In this document: positions 52,801 to 63,766 of the stretch, one piece after another
How the letters are laid out: each line of letters opens with the position of its first letter
Position numbering within the stretch: the first letter of the stretch is position 1
NCBI GenBank assembly: GCA_000708835.1
Contig: DF237189.1
Coordinates: forward strand, 66,686 to 130,685
Reading direction: 5' to 3'
From: Klebsormidium nitens
Lineage: Eukaryota; Plantae; Klebsormidiophyceae
Length of the DNA stretch: 64,000 bases
The notes under the pieces: generated by a model
Database searches by the model: none
Told to the model about the DNA's origin: nothing
What the model saw: only the letters and a program-made list of their open reading frames with translations
Position numbers and translations under genes: made by a program

Positions 52801-54386
52801 GAGTGGGCCTAGTCTCTGGCTCCAGGAACTGAATCCGTGAACCTGCGCAGAGCAATTTAAGTGGCACAGTTTCGCTTCAGAAGACCACGATTGGAATAGG
52901 CTCCTGCTCAAACCCCAGTAAATTCCTCACATGCAGGTTTTCAGAACAGGGATCGTTACTTACTTCACCAGCGGCCAAACGCTGACGATCCCATCCTCGC
53001 CCCCCGAGAACAGCAGCGAGCCATCATCCGAGAAGGTGAGGCACGTGACCGTTTTGTAGTGGCCCGGCCATGACCGCAGCAACTTCCCCGTTGATACTTC
53101 CCACAGATACAGCCTGCCGGAGGCGCCCCCCCCCGCGATGAGATTTCCATCCGGGGAGCTGGCGAGGGGCGTGATCTGCTCTACCGGATAACTCTTGTGC
53201 TCGATGCCATTCTGCAAGAGAGGGAGCAAGGAGGATGCTGTGATGAGATGGCAAATTTGCGACTATCGGGTCGAAATGCTTGTGCGAATCAGGGACTGGA
53301 CTGGCATTGAGTATGCTGTTCAACGGGCAGATGTAAATTTCATTGTACCACTATCCAACGGCAATTGTCCCGCTTGGAGGGAACCTTCGATCCGTCCAGT
53401 GTGAGGGGACCACAACCTTGTCAAAGTGATGTGGTGGTCTGAGCGCCTCTCAAAATTTCTTGAAGAGGTAGGCTCCCCAACAGAATGCTGTAACCTCAAA
53501 AAAAAGTTTCCAATAGACAGTGTGGCAACAAGCCAGGCAAGACTACTCAGAACTTTTTCTGTGAGGGAATGCTCAAGGAGTAAGCTTCAAGGTTTTCGCA
53601 ATGTTGGAATTGGTCCGGAAATTGGGGCCCATAATAGAAGGCTATCTGCCTTTCCAGAGAGCTGCATAGATGATCTGTTACTAAGCTTCCTGGATGACTC
53701 CATCATATCTGGAATGATAGCCCCAAAGCCCTTACAGAAGAGCCCCACCTTTTGCCAGGTCCAGGAGAAGATAGCCCCCCCTTTCTGCAATTGGCTGGCG
53801 GCAAAGTGATCGTCCCCAACAAGAGTCAACCCGCCTCTGCACAAACCCAGAACTTTATTCAGCAGGGGACCTTGACTGTTTCAGCGCCAAAAGTCCAGTT
53901 TGAACCGTCATGTCTCCAAACATAGATACGAGAACGGTGAGCTTGCAAATCGTGCCCGCAAAGACTGAGCCCAAAAGAAACTAATGCCCACAGGACATTC
54001 CACCGTGTTTCAAGGGGCATTGCTCTTCAGGTGAACAAGGCATGTTTTTGGCCATCTTTGCTTCGACCACCACTCCCATCACAGCCCTCTGCATCCGACA
54101 AGCCCATGCTGAAACCTGCCGCTTCAGATAATGATTCTAAGTGTCCACTTCTTACAGGCGCCGGCACTGCCAGTCCAAAGCCATTGCTAGCTGGACAAGT
54201 GCCAAACAATGCACCACCACAGGGCATAGATCTGGACAGCAGCTGAGAGCTTTCTGAAAGTTCATCAACTCACCTTCCACTTGATGAGGTTTTGAATGAA
54301 CCAAGTTCCGTTCCCAGATTCAGGTCCCAAACGCTGATGTTTGATTCAACAGCTGAGGCGATCAGGACTATATCGGAAGCTGCCAT
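49841..54386 (-). CDS. RID3: WD40 protein RID3/WDR18/IPI3 (Rix1 complex, pre-rRNA processing)
   Basis: Exons encode IASAVESNISVWDLNLGTE, KSYPVEQITPLA, LYLWEVSTGKLLRSWPGHYKTVTCL, EHTLPVTGL, LVSGSEDGTARAWD, GPVTNV and the coiled coil WQALHKELY. The stop is at 49841. Confidence 0.93.
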
Positions 54387-54867
54387 CAGAGTGCTATGGC
54401 AAACAGAGTGGCGTGGAATGCTTGAAGAAAGGAATTGGATTGTTACATTAGCATCATCGAGAAAACCCAGCTCCCAATCTACATTGGGCAAGACTTCAGC
54501 GGGTCAGAAAAGGATTGCTCGTCTGAATGCAATTGCTCAGCAGCTACACAGTGCTAGTGCTGCTAACAAACTTTTGGGCGGAGAGCAATTCACTGTCCTG
54601 CACAGAAACTATTGAACAACGAAATCATCGATGACATTGATGAATGCAGGCTCCAGCATTGAATGCGGAGGGTGAAAGGCTTTCGAGTCGAGGCTTGATG
54701 TCAGACTGGAATCATGAATTAAACATGAACACCAGTTTTACGGCGGAGCTAATAGTAACGGTTGACCATCTCCATAGCTCTAGTCGACGATAGCCTCCCA
54801 AGCTCGTAAATCTTTGCCCTGCCAACTAACCATCTGATGAACGGCATAAAATGGAGCAACCACAAAG

Positions 54868-54952
54868 CGCCACGTGTCCCCCCCTTGCGGCAAGACCCGC
54901 GCGCCAAGGTCGCCCCCGAGAGCCTGACTCGATCTTAAGGTGATCGAGTCAG
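54868..54952. promoter_or_regulatory. G-box/ABRE-like GCCACGTGTC plus a perfect 11-bp hairpin in the divergent intergenic region
   Basis: CACGTG at 54871-54876. CTGACTCGATC-ttaaggt-GATCGAGTCAG at 54924-54952. Function is not shown by the sequence. Confidence 0.35.
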
Positions 54953-55962
54953 TCTCATCAGATGGTTTATCGCTAACATAGAGCAGTTGATTTGGCGTCC
55001 GAAATGAAGCATTGACGTCCGAGCGCGAGCAGCGCGCGCATCCTTCACTAAGTCACGGTCACTCCGACGTCATACAAGGGCCAACTGGCACAGCTGGCAA
55101 TGAGTCAGAGGCATTGACGCACCTTGGCCGTCCGATCGTGTCACTTGGAAAACATTTGGACACGTCACCGTCGTTAAACCTTCAGGAACTTGCAGAATAC
55201 AAAAAAAGGCGTCGCGGCCGCGCGCGAGAATCGATTCAATTTTAAAATCGCGCGACACCGGCCGATGCCGGCGCCTTTATTGCTAGCCCCACTGCGGGTG
55301 ATGACAAAAGACAGCTTCGGGGTGACCGCGCCAAGCATTTAGCACCGAATGCTGGTGCAGCCCGAATGGCTGGAACCCTCTTTTCGACGAGCTTTTCAAC
55401 CGGTTGGCTGTCCTTAGTTTTTAGGTACCTACAGTAGGTATTGTTTGGGAGCCAGCAGGTTCGATTCGAATATTCCACGCTGCTGCTGACTGTATATCCG
55501 GCTGGATGTGCTGGGATTTCAACAGCTAGCAGACTTTCTCATGCCTTGTCGAAGACTCGGGGTATACCGGCCATACCATGCAAAATGCTGAATTAAACTT
55601 TGTAGTATACGGCGCTGCTGACGTCCGAGTCCCAGGCCTGGAGCATTTGGACACCTCGGACAGCTAACTCGGTAGTGCCCCCGGTTGGCGTCTACATCCC
55701 TGTTCCTTAGGGAGAAGCCTTTCGACCGGCCAGCCTAATCGCCCCCCTTTTGGGCCAGGGGGGGGTTCTGAGACCGTCTGACATGGCGCTCTCGCAGTGG
55801 CCCAAACTTCATGCCACACACCCCTTAGCCCACCGACCTTCACTTGGTTTGTGTGTGTATTTTGTCGGTGTGAATGTCAGTCTCTCTCTTTGGAGGGTCG
55901 CAGTCTTCTGCTGTTACCTCACAGGCGGACAATCCCTGGAACTTGGTCACGAGCAGGAAGTC

Positions 55963-58688
55963 ATGGCTGCAAGCAGAGTCTCTAAGGCTTTGCTTGACCG
56001 GCAGCTCAGCTCCTTGATCTTGTCAGGCAGCTCAGCCATTCGGTATGGTTCCCTTCAGAAGTCCAGCTCGGTTTTCAGAAGCCTGCCAGCCGCTCGCAGA
56101 TTGCCAGCCGTGCAATGTAAGCGTTCGTCCTTTGAAGATCAAGTACAGACGTTCATTACGGACAGCAACAATTTCCAAAAGAGTGTGGAGGAATCATTTG
56201 CGCAAGTTAAGGGTGATTTGCAGAATGTTGCAGAGCTGCAGGGCCTGATGGTTGAGAAGCAGACCCGCAATGCTGTGGAGAGCGAAGAGGGGAGGGGCTT
56301 TGCAGTCCCGTTGTCTTTGAAATCTGTCGACGATTATGCAGAATATTTCAGCCAAGTGAATCAGGACGGCGATGGACAGTCCCTGCGAAAGACAAAGGAG
56401 GATGCAAGGAGGAATTTAACAGATTCCCTTCTGGAGCAGGTCAGTTCACATGCACACACCGTTTCCAGCTTGCTTGCTTGGCTCAAGCACTTTGCCGGAC
56501 TTGCCGATGTATCTAATCATTCAATATCAAAGCTTCGTCACACTTTTTATAGATTGCTGACTGAGATAGTGACCTTCTTCTGCAGTTGGTTCACATACTT
56601 CACCTCAATTGCAGAAGCTATTCTTAGGAGAATCGTGTCCCTAGCTGTAGGACTATGTGAAGCTCTGGGTTGAGGTATTGCTGTGGTTGTTCAGGATTAG
56701 CTGGTGGCATTCTGAAGTTGCCTGCCTTTGGAGCTTATCTTGTCCTTCTGTGATCTCTTGGCAGCACAAGGGTATTTACGCCTTCCTCAACTGCTTCATC
56801 AGCCGACTGGAGGCTCAGTTTGAGGGTGAAACTATTCTGATACGCTCTGCAACGGTGCGGAGGCTGGCGGCTGACCTTGTGACTGCTGGGAACGACCTTG
56901 AATCATCAGTCCAGCTGCGCCAGGTATGTCAGTAACGAAATCTCTTGTGGCCTGCTGCATAGGCAACTTGTAAAAGGCTCGTAAGGTCCTTCTTTAGATG
57001 GGGCTCCTTCTTAACCAACAGCATGGAAAGCTTAAAAAGATGTGGACAAGATGATTACGAGAGGGCTCGCCCAAAAGCCTGGAATTGTGAAGGCCTCATA
57101 CTTCATTCATTCTGAAAGGGGCCTTGGCAGGCCGGCCTTCTTCAGGTTCTCCTTCTTTAGTGCATGTGATAATTCCCATTCAAATACTTCCCTCTGACAG
57201 TAGGCACAGGCTTGCTGCTTAAGAGGGGTCGCTCATGCAGCACTAGAGCTCTCCAGAGATGCCACCTGAATGTGGAAAGGAGTGGTTGAAATGAACCATT
57301 CCATGATTGGACAGGCGCTTCAAGATCTGCGCCGCTTTGTCATGACGCCGCGAAGCAAGTTGGTGGATCAAGAAGAGGTTGCGGAAGCTGACAAAGAGGG
57401 AAAGAGAGTGAAGAAAGACGATTGTGCAGCGCAAGAGCCCGCGACATGGTAGGTCTGCAATCTCTCTTTATCTTATGCGGCTGCGGAAGTAAGGGGTTGC
57501 CAATGCATCCTGACATACTCGAAATCATGAGTCAATGCCGATACACTGTTCTGTTGTCGGAATGTGTCATGTTCTTCTAGAAAAGTTCAAAGTCACACAG
57601 CTTCTTGTAAGCCAACTTGACAAAGAGGCAGGTCAGCATGTTGCCCTCGCACAGCGCTTTGCTGTTAAGGATTCTTGAAGAGAAGAATTATGTCAAGGAT
57701 CTGCCCGGGCATGTCTTCTTGGACATACCAATGAAGATGTGTGCAAGTTCAACTGGAGAATTGCCTGATGTCGATTTCAGCAAGCGCGCTTCAACCATTG
57801 ATCGATCTGGACAAGCTCGTTAACTCTCTTTTTATATCAATCACTTCAGGAGAGCTAACTTGGTGAAGAAACGGCATCAAACATATAGAGCTTCTTGGAT
57901 CTGACAAACTTGGATCTGACAAACAGATGTGTGGATCTGACACAGTGTAGTGTGTTGCATTACTCGAAGAGCACTGAAAGGGTTGTCACTGGCTCATGAT
58001 CAGATAGGAAAGGAGCACCAAATGCTTTCTGGTGAAAAGCGTTCCAGTCGTTTTTTGCAGGTTCCTTCCTTTCTTCCAGCTTGCAGACGAGTACCTCAAA
58101 TGCGCTGTGACGTCAGCTGAGATGAACACACGCTTGCCGCTGGAGGACCATCTTCGCGGACCTCAGAGCTGCGCGACCGCCATGCTGGCAGCAACAGCAA
58201 GTTCTGAGCTGAGGGAGCTGCTCCAGATTGACGGAGGAGGGCGTGTGCGATCCACCGGGACAGCAACGATGATTGAACAAGTCGAAGTGAAAAGTAGGCC
58301 ATCGAGTAAGTTGAAGCAATGCTGTTTTTGGAAGGGGCAGGCTTGTTTGAGACACTGCACCTTGTTAAGGTTGGTTCTTGAGTTCCACATCTGCAGCTTC
58401 ATAGTCTGAAGCCATATCGATTGTGTTTCATGCAGTGTTGTGAGTCCATGTGTGTGCTTAGAGAGTTTTTATTGCCTATATGCAGGTATTAGCAAAGCGC
58501 GAAAGCAATTGGAGGTAAATCTGAGGGTAACGGAATTGGCGTTCAAGAGGGCGTTCCCAGCTAAGAAGCAGGGGCAGATAGAACTAGTCGGCTATATCTA
58601 TGTCGTAGGTACAGAAGCTGCACAGAGGTTCATGGGTTCCCAGATTCTGAAAGGTGGTAACCTAACCACCTGTGTCCGTATACGGTAG
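55963..58688 (+). CDS. Hypothetical protein: transit-peptide-like N-terminus, coiled coil, C-terminal PD-(D/E)XK restriction-endonuclease-like domain; about 6 exons
   Basis: Exons 55963-56439, 56765-56923, 57315-57448, ~57655-57740, 58080-58306 and 58486-58688 (exon 4 donor uncertain). The C-terminus reads LQIDGGG...IEQVEVKS...KARKQLE...ELVGYIYV. Confidence 0.6.
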
Positions 58689-59480
58689 CTTTTGTCGAAA
58701 CCCATGCAAAATGTCCCGAGCTGCCAGCAGCCTCCTTTGAGCGGTCTTAGAACAAGTTCAACATTTATGACGTTCCTGTCCAGCTGTTTTATGCAATTGT
58801 CCTGCTGCAGGCGCCTGATATTCTCTTGCTCCGTTGTTGAGCAACCTGTCTCAGCTGCATTGTTGCTCTGCCTTCACTCTAGAGATGCGTCAGGTCACTA
58901 ATTCTGGTATTAGGTTGAGTTGAATCTTGGTGTACATAGCATTACGCAGCTGCTGACTCAGTAATCCTGGCATCCGACATTAGAGGTTGCCGAGTGGCAC
59001 ACCAAGTACTGGTTCCGTTCAATACATCTTGATCTATTGCATTAAGCAACCAGTCCACCGCATTTTGACCTCCTTGCACTACCCGGCCAGGCTTGCACTA
59101 CGCCGTAGCTAGCCTAGTGCGGCCATAGGCTATTATGGCAATCAAATGTTCGTTAGTGTCCGATCATATATCGACATCATCCTACACTACATAATTCACA
59201 ACGTCCTAAAAGTTCACAAAGGCCTCTTATACTCTTTTAAGGATGGAACCGAGTTCAACTATCCTATGCGCCTGATTGAGCTTGAACGTCAGTAGTATAG
59301 GCTTCAATGACGAATCACTTCCCCCAATAGAAGAGTTCCCTGAAGGAAAGTCAGAGGGCACGTGTGGCTTGGTACGCTCGTTTTGATGCATGTCTTGCAC
59401 CAATAAAACCTCGGTCAGGCTAGCTGGCCCCATACATTTTTGCTTAGGGGATCTAATCATCTGGCCTTGTCTCGCCGCCG

Positions 59481-59812
59481 GTGTCCAAGTGTCCAAGGTC
59501 TAGCACCAACTTTTCGTGGTCGCTCATTGCTGACGTCATCACAGTACGAGCATGTCCAAGTGTCCAAGGTCTTGTACCAACTTTTCGTGTCGCTCATTGC
59601 TGACGTCATCACAGTGCGAGCATGTCCAAGTGTCCAATGTCTTGTACCAACTTTTCGTGTCGCTCATTGCTGACGTCATCCATCAATCCAATCAAAGCTT
59701 TTGGCCAACATTGTTGACAACATCATCACACGGAAATCCTTGAATGCAATCGTGGTTGTTGAATCATGAAAAAACATGTACCATCAATACACATTGACGA
59801 ATTTCAACAAGT
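59481..59812 (+). repeat. Left inverted-repeat arm: 3 x ~70-bp units plus ~130-bp unique extension
   Basis: The unit TGTCCAAGTGTCCAAGGTC..ACCAACTTTTCGTG.CGCTCATTGCTGACGTCATC starts at 59482, 59553 and 59623. Confidence 0.92.
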
Positions 59813-59881
59813 GCAGATCATAGTTCCAAAAAGCATGCACACAAATCTTCCCAATGTGACTAGAAAAACGTGACGGACTTT

Positions 59882-61401
59882 ATGGTAAGCTTCCTATGTT
59901 GATTCAAAGAAACCCGAGCAACTTGCTTCTTTGACTAGCTAACACGCAACGAGAGCTGGCGGACCGTTCATGGAAGATGCTTTCCGTCTCTTCACAAGAA
60001 TCCGAGCATTGCCAGTTGCACGCTGGCTTTGCCGTTGAATCCTCTGAAAGCTTCCGAGTCATGTGTTTCCATCTTGGCTGAGATGCCATTTCTCCTCCGC
60101 TCAGAAAGGCAAGGAGTTGACTCGATCACTTCTTGCAGGGGATGGAGTACCCCACTTTGCGCATGGACGCCTTTATAGGCGACATCTTCAACTACGACGC
60201 TAAGCTGGTCGACTACGTACGGAAGCTGTTCGGCTACGCCCTCAATAGCCATACGCGGGAGGAGGTGTTCGTGCTCTTGCTCGGAAAGGGTGGTAAAGTC
60301 ATTATCTTTTTGGTCTCGGATCCAAGACTTAGTGGAATCGTGCAAGTAAAAATCCAGGGAGTTCTTGATTCCTCCAATCTTACATTGAAGTACGTGCTTC
60401 TCCTGCATATTGGCCTATCAATTAACATGGTNNNNNNNNNNNNNNNNNNNNNNNNNNNNNNNNNNNNNNNNNNNNNNNNNNNNNNNNNNNNNNNNNNNNN
60501 NNNNNNNNNNNNNNNNNNNNNNNNNNNNNNNNNNNNNNNNNNNNNNNNNNNNNNNNNNNNNNNNNNNNNNNNNNNNNNNNNNNNNNNNNNNNNNNNNNNN
60601 NNNNNNNNNNNNNNNNNNNNNNNNNNNNNNNNNNNNNNNNNNNNNNNNNNNNNNNNNNNNNNNNNNNNNNNNNNNNNNNNNNNNNNNNNNNNNNNNNNNN
60701 NNNNNNNNNNNNNNNNNNNNNNNNNNNNGATGGGCAAGCGGCTTGCAATCACCGACGAGACGGCCGAGGGGGATCAGGTGGACCTCGGTCTCGTCTTGGC
60801 GGCAACGGGGGGCAGCTCAGTAAAAGCGCGGTGCCTCTATATCAACAGCGTCGAGTTTGTTGTCACGCACACACCGTTCGTGCAAACAAACTACCCTCCT
60901 GCGATCTCCGCAACAGCGATTCCGGACAACGTCGAGCGCCGACTGCGAGCGATCCCGTTCCCCAATACCTACGTCAGAGCAAACGCTTTTGACCCCACGA
61001 ACGCAACACACCGCCTCAGAGACGACCACTTGAAGGAACGCATGAAGGAAGAGGAGTCGCGTCGGCAAATCCTTACTTGGTTAGCGCGCGGCTCGGTGGA
61101 GTGGTACGCCAGTGCAGAGGGTCTTGGTTCTCCCCCCAAGGCCGTGAAGGATGCAACGGACGAGTACTTGCGCGAGGCGGACAAACTCCAACTGTTCATC
61201 GACCAACACTGCGAGGTTGGAGAGGGATTGTCGACACTCCAGATTGAGTTTGCAGCCTGCTTTAGGCAGTATTCCTCCGAGAGAATCTCGAATGAGGAGT
61301 TGATGAGGAAAATGGCTACGAAGGGATTCAAGAGGGCCAAGAACAATGATTCGCCACGGCAGTTCTACTATCCAAGGATCAGGTGCTCGTACACTACTTG
61401 A
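59882..61401 (+). CDS. D5-like / P4-primase-type superfamily 3 helicase domain with C-terminal winged helix; no primase domain seen; probably spliced
   Basis: FIGDIF...LVDYVRKLFGYAL...REEVFVLLLGKGG (Walker A start). After the gap come GKRLAITDE (Walker B), TGG...ARCLY, QTNYPP (motif C), RRLRAIPF and EYLREAD. The ORF is open for 224 codons from 60730 to the stop. A candidate ATG|gtaagc micro-exon lies at 59882 and an acceptor at 60138. Confidence 0.88.
60432..60728. other. Assembly gap (N run) inside the helicase gene
   Basis: Run of N. Confidence 0.99.
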
Positions 61402-61537
61402 TACGATTTGTGAGTTCAAGAAAGATGGTAAAGCCAAAGTGGCTGGCGATGCAAGCCGGTCAGGACGAGCTTCGTACTCTCTTGTTACACTAGGACAGGC
61501 TCCATTTGTACATTCTCCGCAAAAAGTTGTAATTGGT

Positions 61538-61908
61538 ACTTGTTAAATTGATTCAATGCAAAATGACGATACTTGTATCATCGACGCTCAACAACCACGA
61601 TCCCATCATTCAACCATTGCCATGATGATGTTATCAACAAATGTGTCGATTGAAAGTGTCTGCTTGGCTTGATGGATAGTGTCTGCTTGGCTTGATGGAT
61701 GACGTCAGCGACTGACGACGATGAAAAGTTTGCGCCAGAGCTTGGACACTTGGACAGTTGTGAGCCAAGACAGGTCCGCGCTACAATGACGTGAGCGATG
61801 AGGAGCTTGAACACTTGGACAGTTGTGAGCCGGGACAGGCCCGCGCTCCGATGACGTCAGCGATGAGCGATCGCGAAAAGTTTGCGCCGGAGCTTGGACA
61901 CTTGGACA
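61538..61908 (-). repeat. Right inverted-repeat arm (3 units, one partly deleted, plus extension)
   Basis: GATGACGTCAGCG...GAAAAGTTTGCGCC.GAGCTTGGACACTTGGACA at ~61697, ~61786 (short) and ~61850. The inner part reverse-complements 59680-59812 (e.g. ATCGTGGTTGTTGA, ACATT.GTTGA.AACATCATCA). Confidence 0.9.
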
Positions 61909-62050
61909 ATTCTGCATTCAATCGGGCACCGGCACATGCAACAGAAATGATTGCTTACAAGCACACGCATTGATGCACGATCGATGAACGGCCGGTATCA
62001 ATGCATGTAGCCACGGTCGCAAGGTTATGTTCGCAGTGGCTCGAGCGTCT

Positions 62051-63587
62051 CTAGTTCGTATCTTGCGCTATGTATCGCTTGTACGCGTTGGAGTTCTTGA
62101 ACCTGCGCTCAAGGTTTTCCTCGATCCATCTCCTCCGGGACTCTTCTAGCTCTCGATGCGCGCGCTCTAGTTCCCTCTTATATCTTCCAAAGTCTTGTAG
62201 ATATCTGCGGTACTCATCGATGAGTGCGCATTCTTCCTTCATCCATTCCCTCCACGGCATGCCGCCAGACTTTTGGGCGATGAAGCCGGGTTTAAAGCGC
62301 CTGTCGTACAGAGGGCCGAAGAGCTCCGTAGAGTAGCGAGCCATCGTCTCGTCTCGGTTTAAGCCGCCAATCGTGGAGCTTGCAAAATGGTCGACGAATT
62401 GTTGAAGGGTCTTTGCTCTCGCCTCCTGGAGAAGAAAAGGAAATGATGATGCTGCGGCCGGAATGCCGAATACGGTGCCGTCTCGACTTGGCAACCAAAA
62501 ATATTGACAGATTATTGGATTTTGTTCTGCTGTGCACAATAGCTGATAGTGGATGTGCATACGTCGTTTCCGGTTGTTTAGAATCTTAAGCGATGTACAT
62601 CAATTACTAAAAATGTACACGAATATCTGTCCGAAATATTGAGCGATGTACATCAATCACAAAAAATGTACACGAATCTCTGTCCAATACGTCCAGATTG
62701 TTGAGTGGTGTACATCAATGCTGTTGTGCACAATGTTGCTCCATTCACTAAAAATGGATGTACATATATCGATTTCCAGTTGTTTAGAAATTTAAGCGAT
62801 GTACATCAATAATCAGAAATGTACACAAAATCTGTCTAGAATATTGAGCGATGTACATCAATCACTAAAAATGTACACGAATCTCTGTCCAATCCGTCCA
62901 ACATGTCAAGTGATGTATATCAATTACTAAAAATGTACACGAATCTCTGTCCAAAGAGGAACATTGTTGGTGCCTGTGCGAAATCAGCTGACTTGATGCT
63001 AGTATCACTCTCCGTGGCTAGGTATGGCTCGCGCTACATACCTCAACCTTGTCGGGGTGGAAGTGCAATGACCAAGTCTTGTGGTGTAATACGATCTCGC
63101 CGCGATCGAACATCTCCCAAGCTTTGCTCGGAAGAAGCTCGGCATCCGCGATGAGCCACGACAGGGGCGGTCGCACGTACGCTGGTGCCTTTGGCATGGG
63201 TGGAGCGAGGATTGCGTTGCGAGCCATGATGCAATACTTTGCCATATGCCGTGTTCTGAAGATAGCTCGTTCTCCATCAAGAGTGTGCCGATACTTCAAA
63301 ACCGCAGCGGTGTTGCTTTGGCGCTTCAGCAGACGAGAAGCTTCCGACTCCAAATCGCGATATTTCGAAGGCGCGCGCTCGCTGGGAAGCTTGTAAGGCT
63401 CGCATCCCATCCTCTCTTGGTGACCTTCCAAAGCTTGCTTCGACATAAAGCTCTTGCTGCAAATCTCGGATCCATCTTCACGGTGCCATTCGAGGCAAAT
63501 GAAGCGTCTTCCATCCCGCTTCCAAAGTTGTGATGAAGCCGTAATCATTGATGCTGCGACAACACCTGGTGGACTAGCGGCGGACAT
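62051..63587 (-). CDS. Hypothetical ~306-aa protein with a C2H2-like finger and an HPD (J-domain-like) motif; exons 63587-63042 and 62425-62051
   Basis: Phase-0 donor GAG|gtatgt and phase-0 acceptor cttttcttctccag|GAG. Motifs are C-x11-C..KSF.SKQALEGH and EIVLHHKTWSLHFHPDK. A TATTTAAA lies about 100 bp upstream. Confidence 0.6.
62570..62952. repeat. AT-rich ~53-bp tandem repeat inside the intron of the HPD gene
   Basis: GCGATGTACATCAAT.AC.AAAAATGTACACGAAT.TCTGTC variants at about 62590, 62643, 62796, 62847 and 62909, with a partial copy near 62706. Confidence 0.88.
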
Positions 63588-63766
63588 AATAACTAGCAGA
63601 ACGGGAATGATCGTAGAGAGGGTGCTCGACGAGTCCTAAACCGACTCAACAGCAATGACGTCCCTAAATCGAATGAAGAGGGCACTTTTAAATAGATGAA
63701 TGCGATTGTAAATCTAGATCAAGATCGATCTGTTTTTTTATTTCTAAAGCCGTCACGATTCACTTC

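Larger units (their letters stand above)
59481..61908. mobile_element. Putative inverted-repeat-bounded element carrying a D5-like SF3 helicase (viral/plasmid/Polinton-like relic or novel DNA element)
   Basis: The left arm 59481-59812 and right arm 61538-61908 are imperfect reverse complements and enclose the helicase ORF. No target-site duplication, transposase or capsid gene is seen. An internal N gap makes the true size unknown. Confidence 0.6.
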
